DNA of 64,000 nt from Turneriella sp. (GTDB lineage Bacteria; Spirochaetota; Leptospiria; Turneriellales; Turneriellaceae). This document shows, piece after piece, positions 46,539 to 55,463 of the stretch. The DNA is taken from positions 512,001 to 576,000 of the forward strand of contig CBDIID010000003.1 in assembly GCA_965279515.1 (NCBI GenBank), given 5' to 3'. Numbering within the stretch: position 1 is the first letter of the stretch; each line of letters starts with the position of its first letter. The notes beneath the pieces are model-generated. The model did no database searches. It had not been told where the DNA came from and saw only the letters and a list, made by a program, of their open reading frames with translations. The translations under genes and the position numbers were made by a program.

Positions 46539-47351
46539 ATGCGCACACGTGTTTTAGCTCTGCTCCTGCTCTCTGGCATCTCAGGATTTTTTTACCTTCA
46601 GGCCCAGCAGAAGGCACCAGCGGTGCCTGCGCCGGCAGCAAAACCCGCAACGGCGACGCCACCAGCTGCAGCTCCGGCTGCGCCCGCAACGGCCGCACCA
46701 GCGACACCCGCTCCCGCCGCTGCGGCCAATACGCTCTCCGAAGCGGGGCGCTGGCACTTTGGTTCAGACCCGACGGTATGGGTGATGATCTTTATTTTTA
46801 ATCTCGCACTGTTCGTGGTATTAGAGCGCATCTATGTGCTGCGCAAAGTCAGGGGCGACGGAGCCGGTCTCGTCACATACATTTCCGAAGCATTGTACCG
46901 CGGCGATGCGGCAGACAAAGTTGCGGCAATAGCGGCGGACAACAAGTACGGCCTTGAAGGCCGGGTCGCCGCAGTTTCACTCAAGGGCTGGGATAAGGGT
47001 GAGCATGCCATGAAGGAATATGCAGAAGCTTCGCTCATCGCCGAACGCCGCAGCCTTGAAAAGCGCCTGGTCATTCTTTCCACACTCGGAAACAACACGC
47101 CCTTTATCGGCCTTTTGGGCACGGTTTTGGGCATCATGAAGGCCTTCCGCGATCTAGCTGAAATGGGCGACTCGGGCCCGGCGGTCGTCATGCGCGGTAT
47201 CTCTGAAGCCCTGATCGCGACGGCCATGGGTCTCGCGGTGGCGATCCCGGTAGTTATCGCCTACAATGCCCTCGCCCGCGCTGTGCAGGATAAATTATCG
47301 CAGGCCGAAGAAGTGGCGACGCTCATCCGGGCAATCCGCCTCAATAAGTAA
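46539..47351 (+). CDS. MotA/TolQ/ExbB proton channel protein
   Basis: TLGNNTPFIGLLGTVLGI, GISEALIATAMGL.VAIP. Confidence 0.93.
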   Translation: MRTRVLALLLLSGISGFFYLQAQQKAPAVPAPAAKPATATPPAAAPAAPATAAPATPAPAAAANTLSEAGRWHFGSDPTVWVMIFIFNLALFVVLERIYVLRKVRGDGAGLVTYISEALYRGDAADKVAAIAADNKYGLEGRVAAVSLKGWDKGEHAMKEYAEASLIAERRSLEKRLVILSTLGNNTPFIGLLGTVLGIMKAFRDLAEMGDSGPAVVMRGISEALIATAMGLAVAIPVVIAYNALARAVQDKLSQAEEVATLIRAIRLNK

Positions 47352-47770
47352 TGGCAGCCTCGAATAAAAACGGTTCAGGCCCGATCAGTGACATCAATGT
47401 CACGCCGCTCGTCGACATCATGCTGGTGCTCGTCATCATTCTCATGGTGACTGCGGAATTCACACGCTACAAAACGATTCCGGTGAGCCTGCCCAAGGTC
47501 AATGCCGCGGCGGTGAAAACCGAGCCACACCGCGTGACAGTCACCATCAAAAAAACCGGCGACCTTTTTATCCAGGATAAACCCGCCGCCAGCCTCAACG
47601 ATGTTTTCGATCAGATTAAGGCGGCAAAAGAGACCTATCCCGATCTCGCCGTAATCCTCCGCGCCGAAGGCGACCATCCTTACCGCAAGGTTTTGACGGT
47701 GCTCGATAAGATCAAAGCCGCCGGTGCGTCGAAGGTTGGCCTCGCGGTCGAAGCCGACAAAACATATTGA
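47351..47770 (+). CDS. ExbD/TolR protein
   Basis: INVTPLVDIMLVLVII. Confidence 0.93.
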   Translation: MAASNKNGSGPISDINVTPLVDIMLVLVIILMVTAEFTRYKTIPVSLPKVNAAAVKTEPHRVTVTIKKTGDLFIQDKPAASLNDVFDQIKAAKETYPDLAVILRAEGDHPYRKVLTVLDKIKAAGASKVGLAVEADKTY

Positions 47771-47804
47771 CGGCGACGGGCCGCAATCCCGTAGCATAAC
47801 CTTT

Positions 47805-49070
47805 GTGATCGACCCGTCTTGGCAGCCCGGGCACTCCGGGGCAAATCTGTTTTTGCGCCGCCGCCAGGCAGCGTCATGGATCGATAACCTGCAGGCCAAA
47901 GTGGGATTTTCCCTGTTACTTCTGGTCTTCCTTGCTATCCCGGCCTTTCTGCTGATGGTGCAGAACAAATACCTGGTAATCTATTACCTGGTCTATCCCG
48001 CTGCGGCATCCTTGGGCCTCTACCTGCGCTACCGCGGCCAGGAATATCTCGGCAGCGTGATCACTGTGCTGAGTGTCTATGCTGTTGTAGTCTGGATGGC
48101 ATCCCTTATCGGCTTCAGCCAGGTGGAAATACTCAACTGGTGGATTCTCGCACTCTTGCCATGGGTTATGTTTACCGAAAAGCAGCGCGTTGGGCTCTGG
48201 ATTACCTCGGCCTTGCCGCTGGTCTTTTCGTTTTTCGTACCGCTGATGCCTGCCCCGGAAAGTCCGCTACTTCCCGCAGAACAGGATTTTATCCGGCAGA
48301 TCTTGCGTATTTCCGTGGCGCTGGGCGCCTTCAGTTGCATTTATTTCCTGCGCCAGTATTATTTCGACAGCGAAAGGTTGCGCATCCTGGAAAATGAATT
48401 CCATTCCAATACGCTCAATGCCATACCGCTGCCCATCATCATCAAGGACGGGATCACGCTCGATTACATATTCTTCAACCAGGCCGCCCAGCTCACCTAC
48501 GACCTCAACCCCAAGACACACAATAGCAATACAACGACCTTTTCTGAATCCTGTGCCGCGACCGTTTCAAGGCTCGACCAGGAGGTCCTGCGCAGCGTCA
48601 CTTACCATATCGAGCCCGATGAAAATCTCGTACACCAGACAGGGCTCCACTGGCATTTCCGCACCTACCGCATTCCCCTGGAGCTGAAAAGCAGCGGCCG
48701 TCGCCTGCTCGTGACAGTCAGTGAAGACTTGCGGGCCCTCAACCTCGTCATGCGCAAGGCACAGGAGAATAAAGAAATGATCGGACAGGTGTTCCACCTG
48801 CTTTCACCGCTCTTTATCCACTTTGCCTCAGGAATTGAGAAGGTGACGATTGCGAATCCCACCGAATGGCTCGTTCCATGGCAGGGCCTCGAGCTTGAAA
48901 TCATTAACTATCTCGAATATTACCTGCCTCGCCACCCGGTTTCCGGCGGCGAGACCAGGGGCGCGCACCGCTTTCCCCTCGCCGGGCGCAGCTTCGATCT
49001 TTATTGCGGCCAGCTGCCCCATAGCAGCGATGTATTCGGGCTCGTGATACCAGCACGCGATAATTCTTGA
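47805..49070 (+). CDS. Multi-TM membrane protein with PAS-like domain and no output domain
   Basis: About six TMs, then LNAIPLPIIIKD...YIFFN...DQEVL...TYRIP; GTG start preceded by a promoter-like sequence. Confidence 0.7.
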   Translation: MIDPSWQPGHSGANLFLRRRQAASWIDNLQAKVGFSLLLLVFLAIPAFLLMVQNKYLVIYYLVYPAAASLGLYLRYRGQEYLGSVITVLSVYAVVVWMASLIGFSQVEILNWWILALLPWVMFTEKQRVGLWITSALPLVFSFFVPLMPAPESPLLPAEQDFIRQILRISVALGAFSCIYFLRQYYFDSERLRILENEFHSNTLNAIPLPIIIKDGITLDYIFFNQAAQLTYDLNPKTHNSNTTTFSESCAATVSRLDQEVLRSVTYHIEPDENLVHQTGLHWHFRTYRIPLELKSSGRRLLVTVSEDLRALNLVMRKAQENKEMIGQVFHLLSPLFIHFASGIEKVTIANPTEWLVPWQGLELEIINYLEYYLPRHPVSGGETRGAHRFPLAGRSFDLYCGQLPHSSDVFGLVIPARDNS

Positions 49071-49612
49071 CACAGCTTCTTCGTCAGGGGGTCGTCCCCC
49101 CTATGTTAGACGTCGGCGAAGAAATCCGCATCCAGAAGAATTCAGGCCCCACCAGTATCTTCCTGCACATTCCGTATCTCAACTATGTTTTCTTTTTCTT
49201 CCAGAGCCGCGGAGCCTACAACATCATCAAAAACCTCTACCAGTACAAAAAACAGGTACCGGGTTTTTTTCAATCGGCGTGGCTGACGATTAAATTCTCG
49301 CTCTTCAGCACAATCACCTCGACGGTGCTTTTCAGCCTGCTGCTGGCTTTGGGATATAACCCATTCGGCAAGATCCTGGCGAAATACATCTATTTCCTCG
49401 GCACACTTCTGGGCGGCCTGATTCCTGCGCAGCATCTGGCGGTTCTCTTTGGCGAAGTGCCGGGCAGCCTGTTATTCCCGACATTCAGCCCCGGAACCTT
49501 CATTGCACTCGCCATTCTGACCTTCGGCACCTACTTTATCTTTGGCATGGCGGGCGCCCTGCTCGCCATCTTCAACATCAAGGCGGATATCCGCCGCGCG
49601 CAATTCTATTAA
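49067..49612 (+). CDS. Hypothetical membrane protein
   Basis: Hydrophobic 181-aa ORF overlapping the upstream stop. Confidence 0.65.
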   Translation: MTQLLRQGVVPPMLDVGEEIRIQKNSGPTSIFLHIPYLNYVFFFFQSRGAYNIIKNLYQYKKQVPGFFQSAWLTIKFSLFSTITSTVLFSLLLALGYNPFGKILAKYIYFLGTLLGGLIPAQHLAVLFGEVPGSLLFPTFSPGTFIALAILTFGTYFIFGMAGALLAIFNIKADIRRAQFY

Positions 49613-50246
49613 AATTAAGCTCAATATGGCCACGACCCTCGACGGGCACGTGGCACACCCCGAAAAGGCGTGGGAGTTCGGCTCGTCCGAAGACCGGCGG
49701 CGCATGGACAGGTTGCGCGAATGGGCCGATTGCCTCATTGTCTCACGTAAAACTCTCGAACACGACAATATGAACCTCACGGTACGCACAAAGCCGCATG
49801 CGAAAAAACACCCGCGGCCCGTGATTGTCATGCAATCGGCACGACCGATGAAGCCCGGTCTGCGTATCGTGAAGAACGCTCACCTCGAGGGCGAGGTATG
49901 GATTTCCTCTGGCGCAGATGCAAAGATCGAAACCCTGTGGCCCGACCTTGGCCAACCGTGGAAAATCCACATGTATTCCGAAGTTCAGGATATCGTCACC
50001 TCGCTCGCCGGGCGGGGTTATAAAAAGATCCTGCTCGAGGGCGGCCCGACACTCAACGGCGTGTTTTTCGCTGCGGGGCTGGTGGACGAATTTTTCCTGA
50101 CGCTGCTGCCGATGTTATGGGCAGGAACAACAACCGACCGCACGGTGATAACCCCAACCCCGCTGCCGCTCCACCACTTTCGCCTGAAAAGCGCCGAAAA
50201 ACGCAAAGATGAAATGTTTCTGCACTATACTAAGCGCTTAAAATAG
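49608..50246 (+). CDS. RibD C-terminal (DHFR-like reductase) family protein
   Basis: MATTLDGHVA, DRRRMDRLR, LLEGGPTLN, LVDEFFLT; start uncertain (ATT 49608 or ATG 49626). Confidence 0.85.
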   Translation: MKIKLNMATTLDGHVAHPEKAWEFGSSEDRRRMDRLREWADCLIVSRKTLEHDNMNLTVRTKPHAKKHPRPVIVMQSARPMKPGLRIVKNAHLEGEVWISSGADAKIETLWPDLGQPWKIHMYSEVQDIVTSLAGRGYKKILLEGGPTLNGVFFAAGLVDEFFLTLLPMLWAGTTTDRTVITPTPLPLHHFRLKSAEKRKDEMFLHYTKRLK

Positions 50247-51958
50247 GCAAATACCTCTTTTTCATCGATGCGCACTACAGTCGGCCTGCCATGCGGGCAG
50301 CGCAAGGGATTGCGGCAGAGTTTGAGCTTTTCAATCAGCTCACGAAAATCTGTGAGCGATGCGGTCTCACCCTTACGGATAGCATGCCGGCAGGAAAGAT
50401 CTTTGGCAAGTTGGTCGAACAGGTCGCCCGCCTCTGCGGTATCAGAACCTTCGATGACGGCGAGTGCGGTTTCGAAGGCGGCGGCCTCTTCACCCGCTTC
50501 GATATAACCCGGCACACCCTGCAGCGCATAACCTGCCGGCCCCAGATCTTCGAGTTCGAAACCCAGAATGCGCAGCGCAGCGGTTGAGGCCTCGAGGCGG
50601 CTGCGGTTAAAAATGGCCGTGTCAACCGCTACGGGCGCAACGAGGTGCTGTGTGATATCCTTCTTCGCCGCTAAAAGATCCTGAAAGCGCTCGTAGTTGA
50701 TGCGCTCATGCGCGGTGTGCTGGTCGATAAGGTAGAGCCCGTCGGGGCCGGTCGCCACGATAAAGGTGTTAAAGAGCCGCGTATGCAGTGTCAGATTTTC
50801 AGGAAACAAGACCGGGGCCGTCTGGTCCGTCTGAAAGGCCACGGTGGCCCCCAGTGAGAAAAGGCTGGCTTGGGGTGCATCGACGCCCTGTGGCGCCGCT
50901 GTTGCCCCCGCAAGGCGGTTGGGGATGCTTTCAGCGCCGGGCATGCGCACCATATGCGCCGCGGCAATGCCCCCCTCGGCGGAGATCACGCGGGTGAAGG
51001 CCTGGCGCAAAAACCCCTGCACGGCAACTTCATTGCGGAACCGCACCTCGCGCTTCTGCGGATGCACATTGACATCGACGTCTGCCTGCGCTACGGAGAG
51101 AAAGAGCGCTGCAAAGGGAAAACGCCCCTTCGGCATGAGTTCGCCGTAAGCGTTGCGCAGCAGCATCGTCAGAGGTCTATACGCCACGGGACGCTGGTTC
51201 ACCCACAGGCGCATGTCGCCCGCGTGGCTGCGGTAGAAGTAGAATTTCGATACATAACCTTCGAGCGTGAGGCCATCCGCCTGGTAGAATACCGGTATCA
51301 GGTCGCCGCCGATCTTTTCACCCCAGATATCGCCGAGGCGACCCAGTAAATTCTGACGCACCGGCAGAAACACGGGGTCGTCTTCACCCAACCGGTAACG
51401 GAACGCAATCTGCGGATGCGCCACCGTGAGCGAGGTCAGCGTATCTGCGATCTGCCGGCGTATCTTGATGGCATTTTTGTAATAATCGCGCCGCACGGGC
51501 ACATTGTAAAAGAGATCTTTCACCTGCACGCGCGTGCCGGCTTCGATGGCCGATGCCTCGACGGTTTTACCGTGCTCATCGACCTGAATCGCCGCGCCGA
51601 CCGGGGCAGCTTTTTGCCGGGATTCGAGTCTCAGCCGGCTGACAGAGGCAATCGAGCCGAGCGCCTCACCGCGGAAGCCCATGGTGCGCGCAGCGATGAG
51701 TTCATCGAGCGAGGCTATTTTACTGGTGGCAAAACTTTCGACTGCCAGCGGCAAATCGTCGGCATGGATGCCGCCGCCATTGTCGCGCACCTGGATCTCT
51801 GTGAAGCCATCGCCGTCGACCTGAATGTCAATCTCTGACGCGCTCGCATCGAGGGCATTTTCGACGAGTTCTTTGATTATTGCCGCAGGAGATTCGATGA
51901 CCTCGCCCGCCGCAATCTGCGCTATCAGTGTATCATCAAGTTTTTGGATGCGTCTCAT
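50225..51958 (-). CDS. mutL: DNA mismatch repair endonuclease MutL
   Basis: IAAGEVIE, KELVENALDA, GFRGEAL, DVNVHPQK, DQHTAHERINYE, CPHGRP. Confidence 0.97.
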   Translation of the reverse strand: MRRIQKLDDTLIAQIAAGEVIESPAAIIKELVENALDASASEIDIQVDGDGFTEIQVRDNGGGIHADDLPLAVESFATSKIASLDELIAARTMGFRGEALGSIASVSRLRLESRQKAAPVGAAIQVDEHGKTVEASAIEAGTRVQVKDLFYNVPVRRDYYKNAIKIRRQIADTLTSLTVAHPQIAFRYRLGEDDPVFLPVRQNLLGRLGDIWGEKIGGDLIPVFYQADGLTLEGYVSKFYFYRSHAGDMRLWVNQRPVAYRPLTMLLRNAYGELMPKGRFPFAALFLSVAQADVDVNVHPQKREVRFRNEVAVQGFLRQAFTRVISAEGGIAAAHMVRMPGAESIPNRLAGATAAPQGVDAPQASLFSLGATVAFQTDQTAPVLFPENLTLHTRLFNTFIVATGPDGLYLIDQHTAHERINYERFQDLLAAKKDITQHLVAPVAVDTAIFNRSRLEASTAALRILGFELEDLGPAGYALQGVPGYIEAGEEAAAFETALAVIEGSDTAEAGDLFDQLAKDLSCRHAIRKGETASLTDFRELIEKLKLCRNPLRCPHGRPTVVRIDEKEVFAYFKRLV

Positions 51959-51965
51959 GAGGGTA

Positions 51966-51992
51966 TAAAAAAAGGCCCTTCAGGGCCCTTTC
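51966..51992 (-). terminator. Intrinsic terminator of the RRM gene
   Basis: AAGGGCCC-TGAA-GGGCCTT followed by a T run on the minus strand. Confidence 0.7.
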
Positions 51993-52012
51993 TGCCGGTA
52001 TCTCTGCTGAGA

Positions 52013-52429
52013 TTACCAGGCGTTTTCGTCGCTCTGACCACGGCGATAATTGCCACCGCCGCCGCCACGACCGCCGCGACCACCACCGCCGCCGCCGCCG
52101 CCGCCGTAACCACCACGACCGCCGCCGCCGCCGCCGCCACCGCCGCCATAACCACCACGGCCACCGCCGCCGCCACGGTTGCCTTCTTCACGTGGACGTG
52201 CTTCATTCACGACCAGGTTTCTGCCCTTGAGGTCTTTGCCATTCATCTGGGCTACCGCGTTCTGGGCGCCTTCGCCGTCTTCCATTTCCACGAACGCAAA
52301 GCCGCGAGAGCGGCCCGAGTCGCGATCACGGACGATTTTCACCGACGTTACCTGGCCAAAGGCCTCAAACGCTGCGCGCAATTCTTCATCAGTGGCGTTA
52401 TACGCCAGATTTCCCACATAGATATTCAT
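52013..52429 (-). CDS. RRM RNA-binding protein with Gly/RGG tail
   Basis: RNP2 IYVGNL, RNP1 RGFAFVEM, VNEARPRE; GGC-rich repeat tail. Confidence 0.95.
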   Translation of the reverse strand: MNIYVGNLAYNATDEELRAAFEAFGQVTSVKIVRDRDSGRSRGFAFVEMEDGEGAQNAVAQMNGKDLKGRNLVVNEARPREEGNRGGGGGRGGYGGGGGGGGGGRGGYGGGGGGGGGRGGRGGGGGNYRRGQSDENAW

Positions 52430-52647
52430 TTTCTTAATAATCTCCCGATTCTTAAATCTCAGCGCGCAGTTGAAGTTCGCATCCTGACACTCTGAAAGTA
52501 TTGAACCCTTGCAAGGTTCGGCGCCAAAATTGTCCGTTATTCGGGCCTGTCAACGTATTATCATTGACGCGTGAAAACGGCCCCAAGGGTGTGCAAAAGC
52601 GCCCGTGGCAATCGCCTTGGATCGCAAAGACCAGTTTTTAGGAGAAT

Positions 52648-52884
52648 ATGATGCTGAAAAAATTATTAGCATTACTGCTCGCATTCACTCTCGTTGGTGG
52701 CGTAGTGGTAGCACAAGACGCAGAACCTGCGAAAGAAGAGCCGGCGAAAGAAGAGCCAGCTAAAGAAGAAGGCAAGAAAGAGAAAAAAGGCAAGAAAAAG
52801 AAAGGCAAAAAGAAAAAAGCCGGCAAAAAGAAACGCAAAAAAGCTAAAAAAGCAGAAGGCGATTCAGAAGAAAAAGGCGGTTAA
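52648..52884 (+). CDS. Small secreted Lys-rich protein
   Basis: AGGAG RBS; signal peptide ending VVVA|QD; EPAKE repeats and poly-Lys. Confidence 0.8.
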   Translation: MMLKKLLALLLAFTLVGGVVVAQDAEPAKEEPAKEEPAKEEGKKEKKGKKKKGKKKKAGKKKRKKAKKAEGDSEEKGG

Positions 52885-52963
52885 TCTGCCCGACGGTTTC
52901 AAAAGGACGCCTTCGGGCGCTCCCCAGAAACCAAACATCCGGGCAGCCTGAAGGCCTTGGTCT

Positions 52964-53686
52964 TCAGGACGCCCCGATGACTTTATCCTTAAAAATCCTC
53001 AAAGTTTCAAAGATCTTCTGCCGCTCGGCATCGATCTGATCCTTGGCAAAGTTTTTATCCCTCATATACTGCAGGCGGTTCGGCCCTGCGCAGACGATTG
53101 TGGGCAAACCCTGCCAGTCAAAAACCTGGTTTTGTTTAGCGGCCAGCATGGCTTTATCGCGAAATACGAAGGTGGCGGCCTTACCAAAGAGGATAATCCC
53201 CTTCAGTGCATGCTTTTCAGCGTCTTCGCGGATGTGTTTTTCACAATTCTGCAGCTGTACCTCTTCACCGGTTTCTTCGGCACTGAAATGGCAGCGTAAG
53301 ATCTCGCGCACCAGCGCCTCGCGGGGGTGAAACCCCAGGACACCTTCGATCATTTTCTCAAAAAGTGTATTTTCGGCCGCCTCGTTGTAAATGCCCGCGC
53401 GCGGGCCCAGAAAATCATTGTGCACAAGAAAAAGATAGGGCCGAGAAATTAGTTTTGCAGTAAACTGGTCTTTTTTATAAGAAATACGCCGCGCGCAGAG
53501 CACGCAGGCATTTTTATCGAGCGTGCGCTCGACGACTTTTTCAGCAATTACAGGCTGAAAAGAAAGGGGGATTTCCCCCGGTGCCGCCTCACCGTCGCGG
53601 CGCCAGAGAAAGAAATTCTTTGCTTTTAAGACGCGCGACGCGCCGGTGAGTATGTCAATCAGTTCGGGATAAAGATCGACGCGCAA
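52964..53686 (-). CDS. Uracil-DNA-glycosylase-like protein with degenerate active site
   Basis: CVLC...ILRCH...NCEKH Cys pattern and GIILFGKAA, as in family-4 UDG. Confidence 0.55.
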   Translation of the reverse strand: MRVDLYPELIDILTGASRVLKAKNFFLWRRDGEAAPGEIPLSFQPVIAEKVVERTLDKNACVLCARRISYKKDQFTAKLISRPYLFLVHNDFLGPRAGIYNEAAENTLFEKMIEGVLGFHPREALVREILRCHFSAEETGEEVQLQNCEKHIREDAEKHALKGIILFGKAATFVFRDKAMLAAKQNQVFDWQGLPTIVCAGPNRLQYMRDKNFAKDQIDAERQKIFETLRIFKDKVIGAS

Positions 53687-54091
53687 CTATTCAATGTCCG
53701 CGACGCGCGACAAAGTCTTGCGTTTACGCTGCAGCTTATCGTAGGCCTCTTGCGCAGGTAATGTACGCAGCGCTTCGGGTACGGCCTTGAGGCGTGCCTT
53801 GTTGATCACCTCGCCCGTATCCACACAGATGCCATACGATTTTTCTTTAATGCGTGCCAGTGCCGCATCAATCTCTTCAAGCCGCGCACGATCGCCTTCA
53901 GAAAGCGACATATTGAGCTCGCGCTCAATGAGTTCGGTCGCCATATCGGCCATATCGCCGACTTCGTCTTTATCGCCCGCTGTCAGTTCTTCTTCTTTAC
54001 CCTGAATTTCTTTAATTAGGTAAGTTTTTTTCTCCATCAATTGGTCTTTGAATTCACTCAGCTCTTTCGCTGAAAAGGGTGTTTTTGCCAT
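53687..54091 (-). CDS. dksA: DksA/TraR family protein, non-C4 type
   Basis: DMADMA acidic tip, IDAALARI..SYGICVDTGE.I..ARL.AVP. Confidence 0.88.
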   Translation of the reverse strand: MAKTPFSAKELSEFKDQLMEKKTYLIKEIQGKEEELTAGDKDEVGDMADMATELIERELNMSLSEGDRARLEEIDAALARIKEKSYGICVDTGEVINKARLKAVPEALRTLPAQEAYDKLQRKRKTLSRVADIE

Positions 54092-54097
54092 CCGCGG

Positions 54098-54126
54098 AAA
54101 GTATCACTTCAGGGGGTTGTCGTCAA
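54098..54126 (-). promoter_or_regulatory. dksA promoter (leaderless, GC-rich discriminator)
   Basis: TTGACG-17bp-TACTTT with extended TG, then CCGCGG-ATG. Confidence 0.6.
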
Positions 54127-54290
54127 GTTTTTTTGCCGATTTCCCTGACCGGAAAATCAGGCAAAAAATCAAAAAAACGGGAACCATTCAGCCACGCCCC
54201 GGGTATGCGGTGATTTTTTTTGGCATCATTCGGTGATTCCTGAGCCAAAGGGCGTAGGCCGGCGATGCATGAAGAATTGCGGCCCGAAGT

Positions 54291-55463
54291 TTATTCCCGG
54301 TTAATTCCGGCATATCCCTGATAGCCCGAAAGTAATCGCAGCATCTGGCGATTTAAGGGTTTTATTTTTCCAAAAAAATACGTTCCCAGATCTCTGATGA
54401 TCCCCAACGGCCAGTACGACTGATAGAGCGGTGTCATTGTGCGGCTGGCGAGGCGATAAATATTCAGGTGGCCTTTACGCACGGTGGAATAGCGGCGCAG
54501 GGCTTCAGTCAGATTGACTTCGTCAGCCAGCGACGCAGCCAAAAGCTGTGCATCGACGAGGGCCAGGTTCGCGCCCTGCCCCAATTGCGGGCTCATGCTG
54601 TGTGCAGCGTCGCCCAGAACAACCACACGGCCTTCATGCCAACGCGCCATTTTGGTATCCGCATAACTTGCCACCGACCAGTTGGAATGTTTCGAGGTGT
54701 GAAAAAGTTCAGCGGCTTCAGGCCAGAATTTTTTGAGCTTCTCCGAGAGCAGTCGAATGCCGTCGCGGCGGTAGAGCTCAAATTCAGAGCTGTGGATGCT
54801 CCAGAAAACAGAATAACAATATTTACCGGTGCGCGGATGCCTGCCGGTGGGCAGAATCCCCGTGGTGCGCCACGGCTCGCCGTATTTCTGGATGAGCACA
54901 TCTTTATACGGCCAGGTATCCGACTCGCAGATCAGCCAGAACGCGCCCCAGGGATAGGGTCTTGTCGTCTGGGGGATGTTCATCAGCGGCCGCAGTTGTG
55001 AGCGTGTGCCGTCTGCAACCACAAGAAGATCCGCCTGAAGCTTCTTTTTACCGGCAAAAAAGGTCACTTTATCCGCTGCCTGTGAAAAACCGGAAACCGG
55101 CGATTCAAAGCAGACCCTCACCTTTTCACGGCGGGCGCAATCTAACAGCGCCTGTTGTAAATTGCCCCTGTGCAGCCCCAGGCCGGAAAACCCGGCATCG
55201 AGGTCTTTATAATGGAGATTCAGGCACTTGAAGCTGCCACGAAAGCCTTCGAGTGACCTGACACGAGCCCCCTTGCGCTGCAATTGCGTCAGAAGCCCCA
55301 GGTCGCTCAGCACCTGCTGGCCCGTCGGTTGGATCAGAAACCCTGCTCCGACGGGTTCAGCCCTGGGGATCGCCTCGTATACGGTAACGCCATGTCCCTG
55401 GCGGCTCAAAAAGATCGCCGCGGCAAGACCGGCCGATCCCGCCCCGGCGATCGCGACCTTCAT
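54291..55463 (-). CDS. FAD-dependent monooxygenase
   Basis: IAGAGSAG, VADGTRS, LGDAAHSMSPQLGQGAN. Confidence 0.92.
   Translation of the reverse strand: MKVAIAGAGSAGLAAAIFLSRQGHGVTVYEAIPRAEPVGAGFLIQPTGQQVLSDLGLLTQLQRKGARVRSLEGFRGSFKCLNLHYKDLDAGFSGLGLHRGNLQQALLDCARREKVRVCFESPVSGFSQAADKVTFFAGKKKLQADLLVVADGTRSQLRPLMNIPQTTRPYPWGAFWLICESDTWPYKDVLIQKYGEPWRTTGILPTGRHPRTGKYCYSVFWSIHSSEFELYRRDGIRLLSEKLKKFWPEAAELFHTSKHSNWSVASYADTKMARWHEGRVVVLGDAAHSMSPQLGQGANLALVDAQLLAASLADEVNLTEALRRYSTVRKGHLNIYRLASRTMTPLYQSYWPLGIIRDLGTYFFGKIKPLNRQMLRLLSGYQGYAGINRE

Noticed and set aside
52050..52180. CCG microsatellite as a contingency locus
   Set aside because: It is the in-frame Gly/RGG tail of the RRM protein; triplet changes would not switch phase.
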